A stretch of 64,000 nucleotides of DNA, taken from contig NC_068999.1 of NCBI RefSeq assembly GCF_001194135.2, positions 39,236,660 to 39,300,659 of the forward strand. The letters are read 5' to 3'. The DNA is from Octopus bimaculoides. Taxonomy: Eukaryota. Under the pieces are notes generated by a model. It made no database searches and was not told where the DNA came from. It saw nothing but the letters and a program-made list of their open reading frames with translations. The position numbers were made by a program, and so were the translations under genes. Below are positions 37,801 to 50,669 of this stretch, piece by piece. The number at the start of each line of letters is the position of its first letter. Position 1 is the first letter of the stretch.

Positions 37801-40800
37801 AATACTGGTGGTAATTAAAATCACATTTATCATAAACACCAGAGTTTTTACACATAAATTTTGTAACTGACTGGAAAATGCTTAAATAAAAGAAATCTTT
37901 TATTAACGTTGCACATCTCGTTTAGTGAAAAAGCATATTCTTCAAAAGACTGATTGTTTGCTTTTATAAACCTTTTCCATGAATCTGCAACACCTATCAG
38001 TCAAGAGAACTTCGTTGGGATAAACAAAGTTATTTTTCCAACGCGAAAGAGTGTCACAATCACTATCATCATGTGTTGGCCTGTTTCGATAGAAAATCGA
38101 TGAATCTATGACTTAAAGCACGGGGTAAATGAGAACATATGCTTTGTTCACCAGACCACATGCTGAAGGTTTTGCAAAATGGGGAAACCTAAAACTCTAG
38201 ATTTTATAGCCTAAAACTAGAAAAAAATGAAAGAAATGATAGGAAGTATTAAAAGATAATACAGCCAAATATCAAATGAAATACTTTGTGACGTTGTCAG
38301 CAGAGTCAAGAAGACAATTACAATCAATTTTAATATTCCTGATAACTGAAAAGCGAAAGCAATCAATTTCAGTATTAGTGATAAAATATCTTCATTAAGA
38401 GATAGTACTTTAATACATATTATTAGTCAGTTTTACAATAAGTTCAATAATCATCGACAGTTTGTCTACAGTTTTGTATAAGTGTGTAAAATGGAAAATA
38501 TGTAAGTATGAGAATCATAACATAGACAGAGGTTTTGTTTTGAAGTTCATCGCTCTTATATTTCTCATTATAACCATCAATTATTTATTGAATTAAGAAA
38601 TAATTAATAATTGTCTCTGTAGTATAAACTAATTTGCATTCCTCGTCTAACAAATACATTCTGCTGTATATTTTATTGTCGAAATGCATAAAAGTGCATC
38701 GAAATAGTTTATTTAACTATGGCGAGTAGCGCTAACCAACAGTAATGATAGATATAACTTTTCCGGTCGTTCTATAAGTTTTTATTATATTTAGTATATT
38801 ATTGTAGGTTTTAATTAAATTGTTAAGATTAAATTTAACAAGGCAATAACTAAATGAACTACGATCAAGTCTGTGTAGGATTTGAACTAATAACTTTTCA
38901 GTCCAAATTACTAACTCTTAAGAAGAGCTATTCGCTATAAAGAGTATAAATGAAGGCATTTTCATGAACGTTCTTTAGAGACGAGATCAACGATTCGTAA
39001 TAGAGAAGATTCGTCACATAAAAGACTTCACTTTCCTTTGTCGTTGGGAGTACTGACGCGCTGGCCAATATATTTCTGCATGTATGACATCCTCAGTGCC
39101 TTACTGCAAATTATTAATAAAGTCGTCACGGAAAAGTGGTGGCATCAGCGTGCTTTTCTAACCGACTGGCCTATTTCACTTCAATAAAATCAACCCCCTC
39201 ACCCACATCTCATAAAACGTCCTTGGCTTATGCACCCCCTCCGCTACCGTCGCCTTCTTTTGCAAGTGATACTTGACGTAAGTAAAGAAAACTTGCCAGG
39301 AGATGTAAATCACCGTCATGAAACATTTCAATGGCGCTCATTAGCCTACGACATTCGCCGACGACTATCAGCTTTTCATTGGGGAGGGTAGGATATAGTT
39401 TGATATTAATGGTACACAATGTTTAAAACTGTATCCTTTTCACACGTGATAACAGCGGTTCCACATAATCTTGAAAGTCGGAAATGGGCTAACACTGAAA
39501 ACGTGGTTGCCGGACGCATTGGTTACTCAGCGACCCGCTTTGGATAGATTCATTAATATATTCTAAAGAGAAAATGTCTATGCTCTCATCAGAAGGTATA
39601 CGTGGTCGCTCGATATAACAGACAAATCTCCGTCAACAGAGTCCCTACAGTCTTCAACAAGGATGTTGTGTTAGATTTTGACGTCTAGACAGAAGAAAAT
39701 ACAAACAGGTTAACTGTGGTCAAATTGACGTTGAAACTAACTTGGATAAACTAAGATTGAGTGAGAGCTGAAGCTGTAAAACAACAGCAACACAATACAA
39801 CAACAGGAGCAGCAGCAGAAAAGACGCCCTTGTGTCAAATGTTACCAAAATTTAATGAGATTTTTGAGGCTAAATACAGTCTCTTGTGAAAGTGAAGTAT
39901 CAATGTAAATACACTATATAAGTATTAATGTAAATATATGGGGTGAAACGAAACTTCATCACATCTGACAACGTTCGTGAAGTGTTTTGACTGAAACATC
40001 TACGTCAAATATTGCTATAATGAAAATAACTGTTTGACTGCTACTTAACTATCGATTCTTCAAGTAGCTCACACTCGAAAAACCTCTAAGACTTTATTGG
40101 GAATTGAATTGATTACCAAATACTTTAGAAACCAACTTCAGAATAAACAACATTGAAAATTGCGTTTACTTCTAAAGAATGCTGAACTTAGAAATACAAA
40201 TATGTTCACACAGGCGAGAAACGAGATCGATATTTTTAACTTGTGTTAAATTACTTTTTCCTGTATGTGTATATGTGTTTGAATCCGTATGTTTGTGTGT
40301 ATGTGCCTGTTCAAGCGCACGTCTGTGTGTGTAAGTGTGCGTGTATTTATATTGTGTCACTATGAACCCTTTCATATCTACTACTACTTTTATCATTTTA
40401 CATATTTAGAATAATTTCAACAGAAACTTTATAGGAAAGTATGATTATTTACCAGTAATCATTATAGAGACTCTAACGTAAATGACGATTAGATTTTTGG
40501 ATGCATTTCTCTAGATTTCTAAATTTCTGTCGCAAAGTCATTTATCACCTTCAGGATCTATGACGTATTTATAGAGGTAAGTCATAAAGCCAAAGCAGTA
40601 ATTTTGGAATATAAACGAAACTCTCAATACAAAGACGCCTAATAGAAACATGTCAATTATCTTTTAAAATATCAATGTAGTATTAAACATATTAAAATAT
40701 ATTAATAAATACATTAGCAGTAATAGGAATAAGAGGCTTTCACAATATAAATAGCATATAATATCAATATTTTCGATCGAAAAACCCCCAAAAACATGAC

Positions 40801-42570
40801 TATTCATTTCCTTTTATGAATTAATTTCAGTAAGTGTTTACCTTCCTGGAAGGATGACCTAGAAACTTACTTAACTTGTGGCTCACTTTCGCTAACAAGT
40901 TCTTGCTCTCCATAAAGACCTTCAATATACTGACGTCTCATATTTGGTGCTTTATACTAACGCAAAAAATCATATTGGAACCCTAAAAGACCTCGAGGAG
41001 TGCGTATTGAGAGCGCCCATGAATGCGCACAAAGTGCAGTAGCACATGCTGTGAACAATTGCGATCGAATGCAACATGTAAAAAATATTAAGAAGAAACT
41101 TGAAATGAAATCTAATAAGAAAACTTGCCGAGTATCAGATTCTTTCGCCCGGATGTAATCATATGTTCAAGTAACTCGGTGTAAATTATCTAGAATCAGC
41201 AATGTTGGTTAAAATTGTCTTCGTCTCCAAAGTCGAATTATTGTGCTATCTATAACATAAGACCGATTATAATTTGGTTATATCAACCCATTATCCCAAA
41301 TGAAGGATGGAGAAATGGTACCCCAAAAAAGTGTTTGTTCAACCTTGACAGAAGTGAAACATTAATTCCATAGGTGAACCGACATTTAGTATGTTTGTAC
41401 AAATTGCTTCTTGGGAGTAATTGGTAAACAGTAGCGTCGCAGGTTACAGGTTATTAATGATGATCCTCCCATAGGTGTATTAGGTTTGAAATGGTTATAC
41501 CGCCAGGGAAGAGACTGTATCTTGAAATACATCATACACACAATCTTTATACAAAGAGCACCTTATTTTTTCTAACCAGGTTTGTTATTGCTTTGTGTGT
41601 GTGTCTGTGTATACACACAAGCACCTATATACGCGCGTCTGTGTATAAATACACATTCACACAGACGCAAATGCTAACACACACACATACATGTGTGCTT
41701 ATATGCATGAGGGTGGGTGTAAGAATGAATAAAAATTAATGCAGATAAATTAATGTAGAATATGATTATTCTGCGTAAATTGAATGTCAAATCACTTTAT
41801 CGTTGCTCATTTGCAACAGAAAATATGAATCCTGAGATTATAAATTCCTCATTTGAAATAGATTCTTCCCCTAACATAAAAAAAAATTAATAAGGCTCTT
41901 GAGAAATGAACGCCATAAAATGGATAGAAGAAAATTTTTCCTTAAAGATATATTATAATATAAATAGTTTTCCAAATTAAATGATAATGAATAATGTTTT
42001 TATTTTCTGCTTGGATTTTCTCAAACAAGATTTACTAAATATTTGCAATGCAGTGATTTCACAGAAAAATTAGCTTGAAATGCCATTTCGGAAGAAATCT
42101 ATCTATTTTTAAATAGGAGGTTTCAATTCATATAATTTCATTTTTGTTAATGTTTCAATTTATGACCAAACTAAATTGTAATGCATTTTCGTTTTGAACT
42201 CTGAAAACTTAAATTTTATATTGGTTTTACCAAAATATATTTTCGACGTTTCTAAATGCATTTTTCCTCCATTGAACATACCATTCGAATCAGGAACCTG
42301 AAACTTAAAAACATTCTGAAGGGCATCTTTATTTGACTTGGGTTTCCATCTTATTTAATACACGACAACAAAATATTGGTTCAACCTGCATAGAATTCGA
42401 TTGATTATTTTATATATAAAACCTGTTTAAACATGAGCTTTAATCCTAATTTATATGATGTGTGTGTGCTTATGTGTGCGCGTATGTGCTTGAGTGAATG
42501 TATGTATTTGTGCGTGTGTCTATACGTGTAAATCGTCTAAGTGTCCATTACTCAGGAAAGAAAGGCGCTT

Positions 42571-42640
42571 GTATATCTACCAATCGGTTTCGCGCTAGAG
42601 TTTCAACGGAGTGTTAGATAACCCTCCGCTCATCAGAGGT
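42571..42640 (-). ncRNA. Hammerhead-ribozyme-like motif (type I topology), stem I defective
   Basis: Minus strand: CTGATGA-GCG...CGC-GAAA-CC-GATT-GG-TA. Core boxes, stem II closure, stem III and a GUA cleavage triplet are present; stem I does not pair canonically. Confidence 0.45.
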
Positions 42641-43063
42641 ACCCGATATGGAACGAACTATTTCATTCCATATCGGTTACTGTACACTCCGGATAATATA
42701 TATACGTATGTAACTTTAAAGTAGTATTACCAATATTATTAATAAGAATGTTAATAATAGAGTGGCTAGCAAATTTAGACAACTGTAGGTAAAGTATAAA
42801 TAAAATACAGAAGGATGTATGAACAGAGCTATCGCTCTAAACCACAATTTACTCACTTGACATGAATGACCGCTATATCCACAAGTTTTTTTTTATGTTC
42901 TCTCTGTTTATTTCCATGTGTTCCTTTCTGTTGAAGAGCGTAGGCTCGAAACATAAAATACTTTCTCACCTTCTCGAACGTCAAACGAACACAACTGCTT
43001 TTTGTTTATACACATGTCTTCGACATTTGTTTTTCTGTAAATTTCCACTATATATATTATATA

Positions 43064-43445
43064 CACGAGTGAGTGCACAAAAGAAACCGGGACTTTGCAA
43101 TATTATTTTATTCATTTAAATTTACATGTTTACATATTATCACCTTCAAAATATTGTCCATTGAAAGCAATGCATCGGTACACGCGCGTTTTCCACTATT
43201 TTAAGCAGTACTAGAACTCTTGCGAAGTGATACCTTTTAACGCCTCTGTCATTTTTCAGTTCACACGTTCCAAATCTGCAAATTTCATGGCACCAGCTTT
43301 TGTCGCCAGTGATGATTTTCAAAGGAAGACCAGATAAAGCTCGTCCAGGCAAAGTTTCTATACGAGATGCAACCGCTGCAACCGACCCTTGTCTATGATG
43401 GGTAAGCTATAGTATCGGAAGTTGCGCGAAACCTTTTGGGAGGAA
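43064..43445 (-). mobile_element. Internally deleted mariner (DD34D, irritans-like) relic
   Basis: Minus strand: LKIITGDKSWCH (like the mariner D1 motif IITGDETWVH) joined to FADLERVN*KMTEALKGITSQEF*YCLK*WKTRVYRCIAFNGQYFEGD (mariner C-terminus). 3' TIR-like end reads TA|CACGAGTGAGTGCACAAAAGAAACCGG on + at 43062-43090. Confidence 0.85.
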
Positions 43446-43496
43446 GAGATTATATGTAAATATGTTATATAGTTATGAATACATATACACACAGAC

Positions 43497-43555
<59 letters not shown>

Positions 43556-44017
43556 GAGTTTATATACATACATACATACACACACACACCAGCACGCACA
43601 TACACACATACACACATACCTATGTATATATCTATCGTTGTATATGCGCGAATATGAATTATATGTATGTGTCTTTAGCATACAAATTATATAACGCAAA
43701 TCAGTGGAAAATATATTCATCAACTTCTACTTCAATGCAAAGCAGATTCATCTTTGTCAAGCTGCGAAATATACAAATACACAAATAGAAAAAAGTTGTT
43801 GGCGTTTGCATTTCTAAAATTCTCATTTTGAAAAGTGTTCTTTCTATAATTTTTATAACAATATTAATAAGATTATTATCGTGTAGTAAATTAAAAGAAA
43901 TAATCATAAAGATGGATAACAGCAGCAATAGCAATGAGAACAACAATAATAATAATAGTTATTATACATACACACTTACACACACATACATGTATGTATA
44001 TATTTATGTATGTATGC

Positions 44018-44073
<56 letters not shown>

Positions 44074-44593
44074 GTAATCTACGTAAAGAAAAAGCTATAT
44101 GAAAATATAGTAGGTTTTACAATTAATTAATAATAGATAAAATATTTCGTCCTTATTTTCTGAAAGTACACATATGCTTGATTTCACAAAACATCAAACG
44201 TGAACAAAACCAAGCGACAGCCTATTTCGAAATATATAAATATATTTTTTTTAAACGAATGTTCAAATTTATGAAAGTTTTATTATTGTTCCTGCCTCTT
44301 TTCATTTTCATGGAATTAAAAAAAATATGTCTAAATTTTCAATTTTGCACTTTTAAGATTTCAATAATTTATCAAAATAATTTATGCAGAAAACGTTTGG
44401 TCGGAAGAGAAATTTGGATGTTATTTCTGCAAACGGATACTTAGTAATTTGTCCAATCTAACAGTAGGTTCGTTGACAACGTCGGCTAATTAATTAAGTA
44501 ATCGCTTAACTAATTTATTCAAAACATTATACAGTGTTTTCTGGTAATTAATAATGTTAGGTATAATTTTGAGCTAAAAAGCATACACTGTTA

Positions 44594-44776
44594 ACATTAT
44601 TTACACTATTTACGTTATTTACATTCGACGGATATCTGTCCTCATCTTGTTCGTTGTTAACACAAAGTTTCAGCTGATATACCCACCAGCCTTCTTCAGG
44701 TGTCTTGGGGAAATTTCGAATCTGGGTTCTCATTCCTATTGTATTTCTCGATGTTATTATTATCATTATTATTCAG
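44594..44776 (-). mobile_element. Penelope-like element terminal repeat fragment carrying a hammerhead-like motif
   Basis: Minus strand: GACAC-CTGAAGA-A-GGCTG-loop-CAGCT-GAAAC-TTT-GTGTT (44659-44704), followed by a short tandem GTAAATAAC/GTAAATAGT/GTAAATAAT tail. CTGAAGAAGG...GAAAC termini are typical of Penelope-like elements. Confidence 0.6.
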
Positions 44777-45616
44777 ATCAACAACTTCAGACACCTGGCA
44801 TCAATAATTGTGCAGTATCAGCTGAAATTGACGTATGCAGACCGGTTATATTTTCCCATAAATATTATAAACATAAGGAAATACTTTGTCCCTCGAGTCA
44901 CTTTTAAGACGGCAACTGAAAAGCCTTTTGAAGGAGGGTTACTGTTGAGTACATAAGCTATGAGAATATCAGAACGTCTAAATTTATCCCATTCAGGAAT
45001 GGTAAAAGCTTTGAGGTTTTGAAATTATCATCTTTCAAACAACTCTCCCCTACTATCAATTTAACTGTATTGTATTGTTACTCAGAACAATAACATTTAG
45101 ACTATGTAAAAGACCCTTCTTTAGAATCACTTACTTAAAAGGTTCTTTCACATTAACGCCTCCAATTGTAAGAAGCATAACGTGTTTGTTATATGAAAGG
45201 AGGTAGTGTAAGAGGTTTCATTCCGCCTCCAATACCAGCTGAAGATAATAACTTGAGAAGCAATGTTAATGCTGAACATTTTCCAAACCATTCTCTCAAT
45301 CTCTAAAACAATATCTTTCTTCTTCTTATCTGAATGTATTCCTTCAACGTGGTCTTCTACATACAAAGACATCAGTGGATCATTTCCAAATGTATTTTCG
45401 CTCATCAAACCTATAGATATTTTCTCATTAGCGAACGAAACATGTATCCATGCATGGAAATTTCAAACATTCCTGACGTGTTTGCTTCGTAGCGTTGGCG
45501 GATGAGATGATGTAAAAATAAGAAGCTGCAACACAAGTCTTTATAATATGAATATCAACGTCTAAACTGATCTCTTCACAACTGCAGCTAACGCTAATTC
45601 TACAAAACCTAACATA

Positions 45617-45660
<44 letters not shown>

Positions 45661-45925
45661 NNNNNNNNNNNNNNNNNNNNNNNNNNNNNNNNNNNNNNNN
45701 NNNNNNNNNNNNNNNNNNNNNNNNNNNNNNNNNNNNNNNNNNNNNNNNNNNNNNNNNNNNNNNNNNNNNNNNNNNNNNNNNNNNNNNNNNNNNNNNNNNN
45801 NNNNNNNNNNNNNNNNNNNNNNNNNNNNNNNNNNNNNNNNNNNNNNNNNNNNNNNNNNNNNNNNNNNNNNNNNNNNNNNNNNNNNNNNNNNNNNNNNNNN
45901 NNNNNNNNNNNNNNNNNNNNNNNNN

Positions 45926-45980
<55 letters not shown>

Positions 45981-46691
45981 TCTGTGTGTGCTGTATATAT
46001 ATGGGTATGCTTGTGTGTATATATGTAAGCATGAATCCTTGTATATACGCCTATAAAAATGCACGTGTATGACAGTGTTTGCATGCAAGAATATTCACCA
46101 AACATATACGCGCGTGCAGGCACGGCCACGCCCACACCTATATGCGCAAATATGCACGACTACATGCTAAACACTTAAAACATACAGCTGTTGAAGAACG
46201 ACGGTAAAACTGATTGAATGAACCTCATGTGAGCAAGTTGTAACGATTCAAGATGTTCTCATTTCCCGATGACGTTTCCTTGTCACAACAGAGATCTGTA
46301 AAAACTCATTTCCACAGACGGTGTCTAAAGAGTGCCAATGATGAGTCTACTTCTTCTATTAATGACGATGCCGCTGCTATTGACAGAAACCATTTACCTC
46401 TTTAAGGCTAATGACGTCAATTTTTTTCTTTTCTTAGTTGAAATTCATTAGTTGTTTAATGACTAGAAAATATCAAACGAAAGAAGCAGTGATTAATTAA
46501 AACCAAGAAATTGTCTATGATTACACATTCCTTTGCAAGATATTATACATGCTATCAATGGCTGCTTAGAAATGTCGCTATGATACAAACTTCCAATATA
46601 CCATGATGTTGATAAAACAACAATAATCTGAGTGTAAATAGAGAACTTACTAATCTTCTTTTTAATGCAAATACATGACAGCAGAAGGAAT

Positions 46692-46798
46692 ATAAGTGGA
46701 GTATTCACATAAGTGGAGTATTCACATAAGTGGAGTATTCACATAAGTGGAGTATTCACATAAGTGGAGTATTCACATAAGTGGAGTATTCACATAAG
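46692..46798. repeat. Perfect 17-bp minisatellite, 6 full copies plus 5 bp
   Basis: (ATAAGTGGAGTATTCAC)x6 + ATAAG, no mismatches, no spacers. Confidence 0.98.
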
Positions 46799-48471
46799 AA
46801 CTTATGTTGTAACATATCTGATATAGTTGTTTGAGGCACGATACACTAGATGCGAATATATATTGTTTAACTGCTGCTATCCTGCAGATGTTAAAATGTA
46901 TTTTAAAATCATTGAGAAAAATATATTATTTTATGGGCAAATCTTTCTAAGCTTACATATCATTTCCAAGTATATAAATTCACGCTTATATGAATAAACA
47001 TTCGTTCATATGGAAATATTTGCAAATGGTTGAATGACAATTTTGAAAACCTGTAATCTTCATAGAAACAAATAAGAAGCTTGCAACCTTTTAGAAAACC
47101 GTTGAATATTTAAAGCATTTTCGTTCCAATATAAATTCCACTGATATTTTTATTTCTTTGATAAAAACAAGATCTTGTTTGGTGAGATAGATCTAAACAA
47201 TTAAAAGCTAAATCATATATTCCCTTAAATGCATTCATTAGTTAATTAACGAATAAACTATCATCAAGGCATGGAGTTTGATTTCTCTTTCACGATGGTT
47301 GTAACGAAATCTCTACCATGACATTTCTAATCAAAACGAATAGTATTATATTTTCCGACATGCCTATGGAATGTTAGGATGGAATCTATATAGTTAAACT
47401 TGGGGGTTTAAGTATCACTGGTATTCCCTTACATAGCATCGGCTATAATCTATATTGTACGAAGATGAAAGCGAGCATTCTCATATAACATTTTCTCTCG
47501 CCTTTTAGACAAAACGAATTTTCATTTAAGAATACAAAAACGTGGACGCTGAGTGATCTGCCGAGGTTGTGTTGTAGCCATATCTAACCACATTGCTGAT
47601 TGTTGCCGAACATATGTGAACTACCATTTCTCTATGCAACAGTAAAAGATATTTAGATCCGCTTCAGTAGAAACAAAATGTTACAGTTTCCATTTCTACA
47701 AGATGAGAGACGATGAAAAGAAGTTTGATTAAATGCCTAAAAAAAACGTCCTTCGAGTAGCCATGATATAAACACAATAAAGCTGAAGAGAACCAGACGG
47801 TTTTACTTCTAAAGATTCCAGTAAGCTATGCTGGGCTTTTTGATAGAACTTTTAGTAGTTAAGTGAGCTAAGTTGTATAATCTCACAATACTGAGACTTA
47901 TCATATCCTCATGTATGGTAACCCAGAAATGAATAATTACTGGTTATTTCCGAAAATCGTATAACTAAATGACGCCTCCGGTTTTATCATCGTTGCAGGC
48001 AAGACCTTTGGACTGAATCATATTTCTCTGTTTTACAAAATTTCTAACATGATACTTCACATGATCCTTAACAATAATCTTTTTTAGAACTCGGTGCCAA
48101 GTTCTTTGTGGTGACCTTAATGCCAAGAATAATGTGAAGTAGCTTTACATTAGAACGTTGATAGACATTTATTTGGACTTTATAATCCTTATATAGTTTA
48201 CTGCCAACTGTTACCTAAAATTAATCACTCTCATGTATGGCTTTAAAGTCCCTTGTGATTTATTCATCATTACTTATGCAGTTTTACATATTGCTGCTTG
48301 CGGCTATAGAGATCATAGCAGGGCATTTTGTCAAAAGACTTATCTTTGTTCACAAATGTAATTTAGATTTGAGTGTGGCTTTTGTGAACAATTGCCGCCA
48401 TGCTGTTTTATCAGTTTCCTATGTTACTAGCGGTTATGTGTCCTTCTGAAAGCGAACACTATCTTTCGAGC

Positions 48472-48529
<58 letters not shown>

Positions 48530-48532
48530 TAC

Positions 48533-48595
<63 letters not shown>

Positions 48596-48612
48596 CATTA
48601 TTATTATTATTA
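48472..48612. repeat. (TTA)n trinucleotide microsatellite
   Basis: Directly visible, few interruptions; source of the poly-L ORF. Confidence 0.97.
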
Positions 48613-49140
48613 ACCTTCGAGGATTTGGAAAGAATATTTTTAGAGATAAATTACTAATAACTTCCTGTGTTCAAAATCATCAAAGGAAACATATTTATCA
48701 GATAGGAAAAAAAGTAATGTATAAAGTAGATGTAAGAACAATCATCACTATAGATGAAACCTCCAATCATAAGAGCGTAAGAAGCAAACATAACAACATA
48801 AACAAGCGTGCTGGAACTGCTAGAAACAACAGCTAAATTACAAATAGTTTTCTCTGAAACACAAACAACAAATTTCTACATAAGTGCTGCATCTAAAAAA
48901 TTAACTACGCCCAGTTCTAATGAGAGAACATTTATTAAAGCAAGCGACCTGCTAGGAGGATTAGGTATCTCACGAAAAGACATCATACAGTCTTACAAAA
49001 AGTGGGTGGGGGAATAAATCAGGTAAGGCATTCAAAGATGCGCTTATGCCATGGAATTAAAGGTGAGCTTCTCAGATTCGCAACATACATGCAGATACAG
49101 ACACACGGACAGAAGTACACACACACGGACACAGACACAC

Positions 49141-49171
<31 letters not shown>

Positions 49172-49393
49172 TGTATGTATGTATGTATGTATACTTATGT
49201 CTATGTAGATATATGTATATACATAGAAGGAGACAGTGCCATATAAATACTTATTTCTGTGTCGATGTCCATCTTTCTGTCTGTCTGTCTGTCTGTCTCT
49301 CCTTCTCTGTCTCTCTCTCTCTCTCTCTCTCTTTCNNNNNNNNNNNNNNNNNNNNNNNNNNNNNNNNNNNNNNNNNNNNNNNNNNNNNNNNNN

Positions 49394-49444
<51 letters not shown>

Positions 49445-49590
49445 TGGAGGTGTCTGTATATATGCATAATTATGCATACTCCATATATAACTAGCGTTAT
49501 TATGTGTTTGTGTTTGTATATATATATATATATATATATACTACTTACATATACATATATATGTGTGGGTGTGAGTGTGTGCGCGTGTAG

Positions 49591-49702
49591 CTACTTTCAT
49601 TCCCATCTACCAAGTCTATCCCAAAGGTTCCCGTTGGCCCAGTGCTTGCGTATAAGGCACTTGTCCAATCCGGAAACACGTGGTTGGGAAGCAAGCATCT
49701 TA
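49591..49702 (-). mobile_element. SINE family A, 5' head fragment
   Basis: CCCATCTACCAAGTC...GGCACTTGTCCAA...CGGAAACACGTGGTTGGGAAGCAAGCATCTTA; homologous to 7140-7273. Confidence 0.65.
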
Positions 49703-49737
49703 TATACATAAAAACTACAATCTTCTTCTTCTTCTTT

Positions 49738-49784
49738 AGCAAATTGTCAGAATCGTTAGTACGCTGGACGGAATGCTTAGCGGT
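49738..49784 (+). mobile_element. SINE family B head fragment
   Basis: GTCAGAATCGTTAGTACGCTGGACGGAATGCTTAGCGGT, homologous to the starts of 32871 and 34681; truncated by an (AG)n run. Confidence 0.65.
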
Positions 49785-50669
49785 GAGAGAGAAAGAGAGA
49801 GAGAGAGAGAAAGAGGCGGAGAAAGACAAACAGGGAGACAGACAGACAAATAGATTGATAGACATAGAGAGAAACAGATAAGTTTCATGCAGCTGAAATC
49901 GAGGAAATCCGATCGATGAAATTATTTCCTGAGGTGTAATATAAAGCAGAAAATGTCAGGAGATATGAGAAGTGAATATATTTATTTAACCACTTTTCAT
50001 TATGACGATGGTTAAATAAATATGTTCACCATTCATACCTTTATGCTTTATATTTTCTCATAAAATAATCTCCTGTATTTCAGCTGCATGAGGCTCTGCA
50101 TTTTAGTCTCCTACTTCCTTGGATTGGACTGCTATGTCTCCACGAGAGGTGCATTTTGTTATGGCAACAGTCAATGAATCTATATATTACACAATAAAAC
50201 AAATATATATATGCATGCATATGCGTATATATATACATAAATGCACTCACACACACACATACACACATATATATATGTATGTATTTATTTATTTAGGCAA
50301 GTGGTTGTGGTCATGCTGGAGCACCACCGTGAAATGTATGTATTCAAAATCCAGATAAAACTTAAATAAGTGGCCAACAAATATAACCAAATAGACACAA
50401 TATATATTAAAAGTCAGGGTACAATATGAATCTATTTGCTAGAAAGAAGAGTTAAAACTCTCCAAAGCCACACATATCTCACTAAATGTATACAAGCACG
50501 GAGAATGTAGCAATATACTCAATAAAATAAACAGCCGACCCCATATGTAAAACTACTAAGAGGAGAGATATCTCAGTATCAATCAATTTCGCTTTTTGTG
50601 CCGAATTGACACTGAAAGGTCATCATCAGCTACTTTTAATATGCTTTTTAATACATTGTATAGTGTGTC

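Noticed and set aside
46692-46798. CRISPR-like appearance of the 17-bp array
   Set aside because: Repeats abut with no spacers, there are no cas genes, and the context is eukaryotic.
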